64,000 nt of DNA, from NCBI GenBank assembly GCA_963769285.1, contig CAVYLE010000005.1, positions 115,235 through 179,234 of the forward strand, written 5' to 3'. Below the pieces are notes generated by a model. That model searched no databases, was not told the origin of the DNA, and was given only the letters and a program-made list of their open reading frames with translations. Positions 31,295 through 40,223 of this stretch are shown here, in pieces. Position numbers and translations under genes: made by a program. The DNA comes from an uncultured Verrucomicrobiae bacterium (GTDB taxonomy: Bacteria > Verrucomicrobiota > Verrucomicrobiia > Limisphaerales > UBA11358). The first letter of the stretch is position 1. Each line of letters opens with the position of its first letter.

Positions 31295-31576
31295 GAAGCT
31301 GTGTAAAAAGTCCTGGGTGGGGCAAGTGATGGGCGAAGAAAAATTGACCGGCGGTCTGTTTTTTTAGGCCGCTGATTTTGGTTGTTCAGAAATTTCGTCC
31401 ATCAAGGCAGCCGCCGGAGTCCTGAGTATCTGCGGAACCGGAGCCATCTGAGGAATAATCCATTTCGGGCAATGCTGGCTTCCCGTTTTGTTTTTCGTGT
31501 GGTTCGTGTATTTCGTGGTCGGACTTTCATCTGACTTGTCTTGCGGCGGGCTTTCCTTGATTTTGCGGTCATCAAT

Positions 31577-33880
31577 ATGCCCATCCGAATCCCGGCAATG
31601 CTCCGTCTGACAGCACCAGTGCTGCTGTTAACAGTCACGGTCTGGTCAACTCCGATAGATCGCCATGCGCTCGTCACCCGGCACAATGTCGTACTGCGCC
31701 AGTTCGATGCCAACAATCCGCTGACGGTCGGCAATGGCGAATTCGCTTTCACCGTGGACGCAACCGGATTGCAGACGTTTCCCGAAGCGTTCGAGAAAAC
31801 CATCCCCCTCGGCACGTTGTCAGACTGGGGCTGGCACACGGTTCCCAACACGAACGGCTGGAACATTGACCATTTTCAATTCAAGGAATTTCCCGATCTG
31901 AACGGCCGGCTCGTGCCGTACGCCGACGTGCCGCACAATCAGCAGACGCCGGAAATCAAATGGCTGCGCGCCAATCCGCACCGGCTGCACCTCGGCCAGA
32001 TCGGGCTTGTCCTCACCCACACGAATGGTTTGCCGGCACAAACCAACGATTTGACGGACATCGAGCAGACGCTGGATTTGTGGAATGGCGAAATTGTAAG
32101 CCGGTTCAAATTCGACGGCCAGCCGGTCACAGTGGAAACGGTTTGCAATCCAAACCTTGACGGCGTTGCCGTGCGTATCGAGTCGCCGCTGGTGAAATCG
32201 GGCCGGCTGGCGATTCAAATTCATTTTCCCTACGGCACCGGCGAGACGAAGACGGCGGATTGGACCAAGCCGGATGCGCATGAGACGACTTTGACTCAGT
32301 CCGGTCCCGAACAGGCGCTGTTTCACCGCAAGCTCGATCACGACGAATATTTTGTGGCGGCCAAATGGACGGCGGGGGCCACGCTCACCAACACGGCGAA
32401 GCATCAATTTATCGTGAGTTTTGGGCTGGATGGTAGGGCGGGCAGTCCTCTGCCCGCCGCATTTTCGAACACCGCAGACGGCGCGCACGGCTTGTCCCGC
32501 CATAGCCAGGCGACGGCGGAAGTGACGCGCCCTACCTCAGCGGAGAATCATCCTCTGACGGCGGACACACTCGAACTGGTGTGCGCCTTTTCGCCAGGGA
32601 AATTGAAGCCGAAAAACCTGCCGACCTTCGCGCAAACCCAGAGCGCAACTTCCAACCACTGGCAACAATTCTGGACCAGCGGCGGCGCGATTGATTTGTC
32701 CGGCAGCCAGGACCCGCGCTGGTTTGAGCTCGAACGCCGCATAGTGCTGTCGCAATACCTCACCGCCATCCAGGACGCGGAACATTATCCGCCGGCGGAG
32801 ACCGGCCTGACGTACAACACCTGGGAAGGCAAGTTCCACCTGGAAATGCACTGGTGGCACGAGGCGCACTTCGCGTTGTGGAACCGGCTGCCGCTGCTGG
32901 AAAAGAGCCTCGGCTATTACCAGGACATCCTGCCGCGCGCCAAAGCCACGGCAAAAAAGCAGGGCTACGCCGGCGCGCGCTGGCCCAAAATGACCAGCCC
33001 CAGCGGCGCGGAATCGCCGTCGCCGGTCGGGCCTTTCCTTGTCTGGCAGCAGCCGCACCCGATTTTCTACGCCGAACTATGCTACCGCGAACACGGCGAC
33101 CGCGCCACGCTGAAGAAATTCAAGGACATCGTTTTTGCGACGGCGGATTTCATGGCCAGCTACGCGACTTGGGATGAGAAGACAAAACGTTACGTGCTCG
33201 GCCCGGTGCTGCAATGCGCGCAGGAAATTTTCCCCAAGAACAACACTTTCAACCCGACGTTCGAGCTGACTTACTGGCGTTGGGGACTGGAGACGGCGCA
33301 GCTTTGGCGCACGCGCCTCGGCCTGGCGCGTAATGAAAAGTGGGACGCCATTTTGAAGGACCTCGCCAAGCCGCCGATGGGCGACGGCAAATATCTTTTT
33401 GCCGAAAGCACACCGGATTGTTACACGAACCCGAAATGGAATGCCGACCATCCGTCGGTGACGGGTGCGCTGGGCATTTTGCCCGGACCCGGCGTGGACA
33501 CGAACATCATGCGGAACACGTTGGAGTGGATCTGGAAAAACTGGAACTGGCCGGACACGTGGGGTTGGGATTATCCGATGCTGGCGATGACCGCCGCGCG
33601 GCTGGGCGAACCGGAGCGCGGCGTGGATGCGCTGCTGCTCGACACGCCGAAAAATCATTATGCGCTCAACGGCCAGGTTTATCAGCGGCCCGGCCTGACG
33701 ATTTATCTGCCCGCCAACGGCGGCCTGCTTTACGCCACGGCGATGATGGCTGCCGGATGGGATTCGCCTTCGCCCGGAAGCTCCGGCGCAACGAGTTCAT
33801 CACCGAAACGGAATGCGCCCGGTTTTCCAGACAACGGCCAGTGGAATGTGCAGTGGGAAAATCTGCGCCCGGCGCCGTAA
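31577..33880 (+). CDS. Six-hairpin glycosidase (GH65-like)
   Basis: IDRHALVTRHN, LTVGNGEFAFTVDATGLQTF, NPHRLHLG, GKFHLEMHWWH, GARWPKM, WGWDYPM, YLPANGGLL; start may be 31598. Confidence 0.8.
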   Translation: MPIRIPAMLRLTAPVLLLTVTVWSTPIDRHALVTRHNVVLRQFDANNPLTVGNGEFAFTVDATGLQTFPEAFEKTIPLGTLSDWGWHTVPNTNGWNIDHFQFKEFPDLNGRLVPYADVPHNQQTPEIKWLRANPHRLHLGQIGLVLTHTNGLPAQTNDLTDIEQTLDLWNGEIVSRFKFDGQPVTVETVCNPNLDGVAVRIESPLVKSGRLAIQIHFPYGTGETKTADWTKPDAHETTLTQSGPEQALFHRKLDHDEYFVAAKWTAGATLTNTAKHQFIVSFGLDGRAGSPLPAAFSNTADGAHGLSRHSQATAEVTRPTSAENHPLTADTLELVCAFSPGKLKPKNLPTFAQTQSATSNHWQQFWTSGGAIDLSGSQDPRWFELERRIVLSQYLTAIQDAEHYPPAETGLTYNTWEGKFHLEMHWWHEAHFALWNRLPLLEKSLGYYQDILPRAKATAKKQGYAGARWPKMTSPSGAESPSPVGPFLVWQQPHPIFYAELCYREHGDRATLKKFKDIVFATADFMASYATWDEKTKRYVLGPVLQCAQEIFPKNNTFNPTFELTYWRWGLETAQLWRTRLGLARNEKWDAILKDLAKPPMGDGKYLFAESTPDCYTNPKWNADHPSVTGALGILPGPGVDTNIMRNTLEWIWKNWNWPDTWGWDYPMLAMTAARLGEPERGVDALLLDTPKNHYALNGQVYQRPGLTIYLPANGGLLYATAMMAAGWDSPSPGSSGATSSSPKRNAPGFPDNGQWNVQWENLRPAP
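32432..32536 (+). repeat. 105-bp REP doublet inserted in frame in the GH65-like gene, with a nested 30-bp repeat (32491-32520)
   Basis: GGTAGGGCG...CGCCCTACC terminal inverted repeat, internal GGCGGGCAG/CTGCCCGCC hairpin; length is a multiple of 3. Confidence 0.75.
33763..33795 (-). repeat. 33-bp copy of the same short repeat, in frame in the GH65-like gene, antisense to the gene
   Basis: Minus strand CTCGTTGCGCCGGAGCTTCCGGGCGAAGGCGAA; translated on + as SPSPGSSGATS between AAGWD and RNAPGFP. Confidence 0.6.
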
Positions 33881-33931
33881 GGGATTCAGATCGGGAACGC
33901 GCCCTGTTTCGTGGATCGCCTCGAATCGCCG

Positions 33932-34057
33932 TTAGCAGTCCGTTAAAGAAGCAGGAGACGACGTAAGGAGTCTCTAACTTGGCCTTCAAAAACCAAGAGA
34001 ATTTGAGACTCGTCACCTCGTCTCCTACAAAGGAAGAGATTTTAAACGGACTGTTAG
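33932..34057. mobile_element. MITE-like element with TTAG direct repeats enclosing a REP doublet
   Basis: TTAG|CAGTCCGTT...AACGGACTG|TTAG; internal AGGAGACGACGTAAGGAGTCTC...GAGACTCGTCACCTCGTCTCCT. Confidence 0.65.
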
Positions 34058-34487
34058 CCCGCCGTCGTTCCAGATTTGATCCGAAGCATCGGCTGGAGCC
34101 GCAAACGGGTTTCCTGTCATGGTCTTCATCCGTCCCTCCCGGTTTGCCAGCCGGTAGATGCCGCAACCAACCAGACCCGCAATGACGAGAATTGAAAAAC
34201 ACACCGCAATAAAGCCAAGTTCGGCGAGCGCCCTGCGAGCGGCGGGAAAAAAGATTGACGAGCATAAACGAACCTGCCAGTTGGGCGACCAACCCTGTTG
34301 CGTCAGCTTCTTGTCTTCGTCGTGTCATTCGACTGCAAATGCACACGTTCCATGCCTAAATGCGACGGGAACATGCGACGAGAAAAGGGGGGCGCGCCGC
34401 GCTGTCATACGCCGCCGCAACGCCGCGCAACGAGTGTGTGGAAACTTGTTTACTTCGCCGCCCGACAAAATATATTGTCGCACTGTT

Positions 34488-34528
34488 GCCGACGTGGCGG
34501 AATTGGCAGACGCGCCAGACTCAAAATC
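34488..34528 (+). repeat. 5' half of tRNA-Leu(CAA); left attachment site of the island
   Basis: GCCGACGTGGCGGAATTGGCAGACGCGCCAGACTCAAAATC, 40/41 identical to 51610-51650. Confidence 0.92.
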
Positions 34529-34643
34529 ATTATAAGTCTCTTGGACTCAAGTAGAAACACTTGGACAGCAATGCCCTAGCGTGCCTGACAAAAAATTCAA
34601 AATGGACTGGTTGGGACTGTTTTGGCCTCATTTTTAAGCGCGC

Positions 34644-34665
34644 GGGGTACAATACGGGGTGCAAT
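34644..34665 (+). promoter_or_regulatory. Putative integrase arm-type sites (tandem GGGGTACAAT, GGGGTGCAAT)
   Basis: Same tandem 10-mers at the opposite island end (51543-51565). Confidence 0.6.
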
Positions 34666-34778
34666 GGAGATTTGACGCATAAAGGCGAAGTCGCAACATC
34701 CAAAATCAGCCTTCCGATTGAACTACAAACCAACGATCAAAAACATATTAGCTATTGAGTTTTGATATTCTTATGTTT

Positions 34779-36542
34779 TCAGAAATTGGGTGAAAACCGA
34801 CCCTCGCTTTCGAGAGCCAAATCGTTGTCGCTTTTGCCTTTTTCCACTTCAGCCCGCAGCAAATCATGGAGCGTGACCAAGCCGATAACCTTACCGTCTG
34901 GACGGTCGAGCACAACAACAAAATGGCTGGTGGATTCGATCAATAGATGTTGCAGGTCACGGATCGTCTGCTCGCGCTGGCAGGTCGTTGCCCGTTCCAA
35001 TTTGGGCGCGCGATTTTCCATCAAAGCCAGCCCGGCTTCCTTGCGCGTTAAAATGCCGGCCAGCCGGTCATTCTGCTCCACCGGAAAACGCTGGTACGGA
35101 TGCGCTTTCAGCATCGACTCAATTTCGGGGGCGGTCAGGCTGCGCAACATCACCGGCTGGAAACTGGCGATGGCCGACACGGACAATTGCTGCCAGCTTT
35201 GCAAATCGCGCGGTGGACGGACGTGTTCGATCTGATGGCCGTCCTGGGTCAGCAGGGCATCGTAGAAATTCTGGCGGTTGAGTTTGCGGCTGATGGCTTG
35301 ACTCACCAGCGCGCCGATCATCAGGACCGGCACCAGCGCAAATTGGTGCGTCATTTCAAACACGATGAGGATGCCTGTGACCGGCGCGCCTACCACCGCT
35401 CCCAGGCAGGCGCTCATGCCCACCACAATCAGCGTCAGCGAGTCAACGTGCGTCATCGGCCATTCCAGTCCCACCAACCCTGCCACCAGGGCGCCCGTCA
35501 TGCCGCCGAAAAACAGCGCCGGTGAAAAAATTCCGCCGCAACCGCCAAACCCGTAACAGCAAAACGTGGCGATGAACTTGGCGACCAGCAGCCCGGCTGC
35601 GAGTTGCCAGCCGATGTCGCCTGCCAGCGCGCTGGACAAATCGTCGTACCCCAGGCTGAACACGCCGAGATGGCCGGTGCGCCAAAAGATGAATACGCCG
35701 AGCGCCCAGGTGACCAGCCCGCCGAACACCGGCAACAGCCAGCCGGGAACCCGGCGGTTCCGTTTCATCCGGAAACGCAGGCCCAGAGACGCTCTTTGAA
35801 AATAGACTCCCACCAGACCGGCCAGCGCGGCAACGATCGGCGTGAGGCTGAAACCAATCCACGACGGCGTGTCCGCGCCGGTCAGGATGAAGGCGGGTTG
35901 TTTGCCGATGATGCCATGCACGGCCAAAGCGCCGAGGACCGATGCCAGCAACACACCGCCCAGCAACCGGCTATTGAGGTCGCCGATGATTTCTTCGAGC
36001 ACGAATGTCGTGGCGGCCAGCGGTGTGTTAAACGCCGCCGCCAGACCTGCTGCGGCACCTGCCGCCGCCGCGGCCCGGCGATTCTGTTTCGCCTCGCCGG
36101 TCACTCCGGCGAGATTGGAAGCGATGGCGCCGGCCAGTTGCACGCTGGGGCCTTCGCGTCCCATGCTGGACCCGCCGCCGACGCTGAGGATGCCGGCGAT
36201 GAATTTCACCCACGCCACGCGCACCGGCACCAGGCCAAAATCCTTCCAAAAGGCGAGCTTGAGTTGCGGGATGCCGCTACCGGCCGCTTCAACACAAAAC
36301 GAATTCAACAGCCAGCCCACCAACAACGACGAGACAGTGATGACAACAAAGCTGCCGATGAGAAAGGTAGTGAGGGATTGATGGGAAAGCTGAACCAACC
36401 CCAGCCGGTAAAGCCAGTTCATGCCCAATTGGAAGACGACGGCAGTGCTGCCGGCGACCAGTCCGTAAAGGCACATCTGCACGATGGCACGGGTTTGCCG
36501 GGGCAGCTTTTGAAAGAACTCAACGGTAAACAACGTCGTCAC
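34779..36542 (-). CDS. ClC chloride channel / H+/Cl- antiporter with CBS pair
   Basis: GSGIP, GREGP, GGIFSP motifs; C-terminal CBS domains. Confidence 0.92.
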   Translation of the reverse strand: MTTLFTVEFFQKLPRQTRAIVQMCLYGLVAGSTAVVFQLGMNWLYRLGLVQLSHQSLTTFLIGSFVVITVSSLLVGWLLNSFCVEAAGSGIPQLKLAFWKDFGLVPVRVAWVKFIAGILSVGGGSSMGREGPSVQLAGAIASNLAGVTGEAKQNRRAAAAAGAAAGLAAAFNTPLAATTFVLEEIIGDLNSRLLGGVLLASVLGALAVHGIIGKQPAFILTGADTPSWIGFSLTPIVAALAGLVGVYFQRASLGLRFRMKRNRRVPGWLLPVFGGLVTWALGVFIFWRTGHLGVFSLGYDDLSSALAGDIGWQLAAGLLVAKFIATFCCYGFGGCGGIFSPALFFGGMTGALVAGLVGLEWPMTHVDSLTLIVVGMSACLGAVVGAPVTGILIVFEMTHQFALVPVLMIGALVSQAISRKLNRQNFYDALLTQDGHQIEHVRPPRDLQSWQQLSVSAIASFQPVMLRSLTAPEIESMLKAHPYQRFPVEQNDRLAGILTRKEAGLALMENRAPKLERATTCQREQTIRDLQHLLIESTSHFVVVLDRPDGKVIGLVTLHDLLRAEVEKGKSDNDLALESEGRFSPNF

Positions 36543-36754
36543 AGCTTGCTATTTTCAACAATCCCCGCCCCATTCAAAGCAAATTTATGATACGGAACAT
36601 CCAGTGTAACCGGCGTCGCCGTCCTCAACAACACGCTGCCATTTCTGTGCCGATGTTGACTGCAATCTGGCGGTTGTTCTTCAAATGGATCAATCCTTTG
36701 AATTGATTTTCATTTATCTTCATTCGCTATGTCAACCGCGTTGTGCGCGTCAAC

Positions 36755-39700
36755 TTATTTTTTGGCTTTCGTTTCTGGAACCTTTCGCTCCGCCTCCTCC
36801 AATTCTTGAACAGCTCGAACATCCTCGCGCCCTAATTGCTCATAAAACTCATGGACTCGTTTGACGAGTTGCGGGGACACCTCGGCCGTAGGTTTCCCAT
36901 TCGTTTCAGATTTGGTTTCCTCTTTGGCATCCGGCTTCGGCTCAACTTTGTCGGTTGGTTTGGCGTCGGCTTTGAGGTCTGGTTTTGGCTCTGATTTGAC
37001 GGCGGACGGCGGCACGGCAGCGGCGTCCGGTTTGGTCGGGGCTTTGACTTCAGGTGCCGGCTCGGTCTTGGCTTCTGATTTAGGTTCGGAGGTTGCCTCG
37101 GATTTAACGTCAGGTTTGGTTTCAGATTTAGGCTCGACCTTCGTTGCCGGCGTCGGGTCCACTTTGGCTTCCGGTTTTGAATTGGCGTCAGGTTCAGGTT
37201 GAACTTTTGTTTCTGGCGTGGACTCGGCTTTGGCCGCCGGTTTGGTTTCGACTTTGGATTCAGCCTTGGTTTGAGTTGCGCGAATCTCCTGCTCGGCCTT
37301 GTCCCAGTTCTGCACCGATTGACCCTCCCGATGGCCTTGGCGTTCGTATAGTTCGTACGCCCGTGTGGCGATTTGCGGCGTCAAATCGGAAGTTGTCTTG
37401 GCTTTGGCTTCCGGCTTCGGTTCAGCCTTGGTTTCAGGATTGGACACTATTTTGACATCAGGCTTGGCTTTCGCTTCAGATTTCGCCTCGGCTTTGACGG
37501 GATCAAAAATCCGATAGGCCAGCAATTTGATGCGATCATTCAAGAGGAACCACAGCAGCGCATAGCCCCACACGAACCCGGCCCAACCCCAGCCGAGGGG
37601 TGTCATAAACAACCCATAAACCGCTATCAACGTCGCCACGATTTGCGTGCCGACCACTGCTACCCATAAAATCCGCGCCGGACGATGAGACCAGAACGGG
37701 CCGCGCGTGCGGGTGAGAAAAATCGTCAGATGTCCCGCCACGGACAGCTTCAAATACATCAGTGTCTGGATGTGCGCCCGGTCGAGATGAAAAACACGCT
37801 CACCGAGATAAAACAAGCCGAAGGCGGAGACGACCCCGATGACGCCCAGCACCGTGGAGATCCCCAACACCATGTGCATGTTCCAGGCCTCGGGCTGATC
37901 CTTGTAATGAACATTGTCATACGCGATGGACAGGATGGCACCGTCGTTGAGTAAGGCCAGCATCACGATCATCACCGCCGTCAATGGATAAAAGTTAAAA
38001 ATCAGGATCGCCAGCGTCATGAACAACAGCACACGGATCGTCTCGGCGATGCGGTAGATCGCGTAGCTGTTCATCCGCTGAAAAATTCTCCGGCTCTCTT
38101 TGATCGCATCAATGATCACCGACAGGCCGGGGGCCATCAGCACGATGGCCGCCGCCGCGCGCGCCGCGTCGGTCGCACCCGAAACGGCGATGCCGCAGTC
38201 GGCTTTCTTCAGCGCAGGGGCGTCATTCACCCCGTCGCCCGTCATGCCGACGATGTGGCCGCGTTTTTGCAGGACATCCACAATGTGAAACTTGTGTTCG
38301 GGGAACACCTGGGCGAAACCGTCGGCCTTCTCGATGGACTCGGCCACCGGCGCGCTCTCTTGCTTCTTTGAGTCGCCCAAACTGCTGGCATCGAGAATGT
38401 CTGCGCCCATCGCCAATTTCTTGGCGGTCTCTTGGGCAATCGCGAGCGCATCGCCTGTCACCATCTTGACCTTTACGCCCATCGCCAGCGCAGTCGCGAT
38501 GGTTGCCTTGGCATCTTCCCTTGGCGGATCGAACAGCGGCAGCACACCCAGAAACTGCCATTGACCGTCTCCCTCGGCCCGTGCCACACCCAATGAACGA
38601 AAGCCGCGCGCCGCGAATTCGTTCACGGCTTTCTCGACGGCGGGCTTCACCTGCCCGGCATTGGACGACAACGCCAAAATCACCTGCGGCGCGCCCTTCG
38701 TCACCTTGAACGTCTTTCCGTCCTTGGCTTTGACGGTGGCCTCGGTGCGTTTATGCACCGGATCGAACGGCTGGAAATGGACCACCTCATAAGCCTTCAA
38801 TGCCTCTTTGTCTTTCAGGCCGCCCAGAACGGCCAGGTCAATCGTGTCGTTATTCTCTGCGCGCGACGCCAGCGCGCCATTGAGGATGACTTGCTCGGCG
38901 GGGACATTATTCACGCTGAATGGATCGCCCAACGTCAGTTTGTTCTGGGTGAGCGTGCCGGTCTTGTCCGCGCACAGCACGTCCACACCCGCCAGTTCCT
39001 CGATGGCCACCAACCGGCTCACAATTGCCTGTTTCCTGGAGAGTAAGCGCGCGCCAACCGCCATTGTCACCGACAGCACCGTTGGCATCGCCACGGGAAT
39101 CGCGGCCACGGTCAGCACCAGGGCAAACTGCAACGTCGTGAGGATCGCGTCACCACGGTAAATTGCGAAACCAATAATCACCGCCACCAACACCACCGCG
39201 AGAATGATCAGGTAATTGCCAATTTTCAAAACCGCCTTTTGAAAATGGCTGACGGTGTGCGCCTCCTGCACCAGTTGCGCCGTCTTGCCGAAGTAAGTTT
39301 TCTCGCCCGTGGCATAGACCATTGCGCCAGCTTCACCCTGACGGATGATCGAGCCGGAAAATACGGCATCGCCGGATTTGCGCTCGGCGGGCAATGACTC
39401 GCCGGTCAGCGCGGACTGATCCACCTCCACCGGGTCGCCGTCCAGCAGTCGAGCATCCGCCGGCACAATATCGCCCAGGCGCATGCGAATGACATCGCCC
39501 GGCACCAACTCACGCGCCGGCGGGTTGATCCACTTCCCGTCGCGTTTCACCCGGGCCTTGACCGCCAGCTTGGCCTTGAGAGCCTCGATGGCGTTGCTCG
39601 CTTCACGTTCCTCCCAGAACCCGACCACGGCATTGGCCATCAGCAAAAGGAGGATGATGAAAAAATCCGGCCAGTGCCCGACCACGCCCGACAGAATCAC

Positions 39701-40018
39701 CGCAATTTCGATCATCCATGGGATGGGTCCCCAAAAATAGGAAAGGAATTTCAGAAAGAGATTCGTCTTCTTCTCGGTAAGTTCGTTTGGCCCGTATTGG
39801 GTCAGCCGTTTCTGCGCCTCGGCTTGAGTTAGGCCTTCTGGCGACGACCCTAATTTTTTCTCCACCTCCGCCAGCGGCAGCGTTTTCAAATCGTCCTTCG
39901 CATCGGTCTTCGCATCAGGCTTCGATCCCGGCTTGGATGCGGGCGCTTTGGTCTTCAATTCTGCGGATTTGCCTAGCTTGGGGTCAGGCGTCTTGGGCTG
40001 GTCGGTGTCTGGTGTCAT
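36755..40018 (-). CDS. P-type (IIIA) plasma-membrane proton-efflux ATPase with Lys/Pro/Glu-rich tail and DUF2934-like domains
   Basis: DQSALTGES, IPVAMP, CADKTGTLT, KGAPQ, MTGDGVNDAPALKKAD; tail IATRAYELYERQG. Confidence 0.92.
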   Translation of the reverse strand: MTPDTDQPKTPDPKLGKSAELKTKAPASKPGSKPDAKTDAKDDLKTLPLAEVEKKLGSSPEGLTQAEAQKRLTQYGPNELTEKKTNLFLKFLSYFWGPIPWMIEIAVILSGVVGHWPDFFIILLLLMANAVVGFWEEREASNAIEALKAKLAVKARVKRDGKWINPPARELVPGDVIRMRLGDIVPADARLLDGDPVEVDQSALTGESLPAERKSGDAVFSGSIIRQGEAGAMVYATGEKTYFGKTAQLVQEAHTVSHFQKAVLKIGNYLIILAVVLVAVIIGFAIYRGDAILTTLQFALVLTVAAIPVAMPTVLSVTMAVGARLLSRKQAIVSRLVAIEELAGVDVLCADKTGTLTQNKLTLGDPFSVNNVPAEQVILNGALASRAENNDTIDLAVLGGLKDKEALKAYEVVHFQPFDPVHKRTEATVKAKDGKTFKVTKGAPQVILALSSNAGQVKPAVEKAVNEFAARGFRSLGVARAEGDGQWQFLGVLPLFDPPREDAKATIATALAMGVKVKMVTGDALAIAQETAKKLAMGADILDASSLGDSKKQESAPVAESIEKADGFAQVFPEHKFHIVDVLQKRGHIVGMTGDGVNDAPALKKADCGIAVSGATDAARAAAAIVLMAPGLSVIIDAIKESRRIFQRMNSYAIYRIAETIRVLLFMTLAILIFNFYPLTAVMIVMLALLNDGAILSIAYDNVHYKDQPEAWNMHMVLGISTVLGVIGVVSAFGLFYLGERVFHLDRAHIQTLMYLKLSVAGHLTIFLTRTRGPFWSHRPARILWVAVVGTQIVATLIAVYGLFMTPLGWGWAGFVWGYALLWFLLNDRIKLLAYRIFDPVKAEAKSEAKAKPDVKIVSNPETKAEPKPEAKAKTTSDLTPQIATRAYELYERQGHREGQSVQNWDKAEQEIRATQTKAESKVETKPAAKAESTPETKVQPEPDANSKPEAKVDPTPATKVEPKSETKPDVKSEATSEPKSEAKTEPAPEVKAPTKPDAAAVPPSAVKSEPKPDLKADAKPTDKVEPKPDAKEETKSETNGKPTAEVSPQLVKRVHEFYEQLGREDVRAVQELEEAERKVPETKAKK

Positions 40019-40223
40019 GGCAAAATCCTTTTGTGTCTGTGAATTTCGACTTTCACAATTTTTAATCGTTCAAATTATATCTTTTGGACGCGGAAAAATG
40101 TATGGGGTGAATACCCCATGAGATTCAAAATTGTGAAAATCCGCGGCACCGTGCTCCGCTTGCGGGAGCGGGGAAAAGTGGCCGCAGGACAGATGAGGGA
40201 TGGGGTAAGAACGGCGTAATTAG

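Noticed and set aside
36900..37500. Repetitive K/P/E/A-coding DNA as a tandem-repeat element
   Set aside because: Explained as a low-complexity protein linker of the ATPase; no exact nucleotide period.
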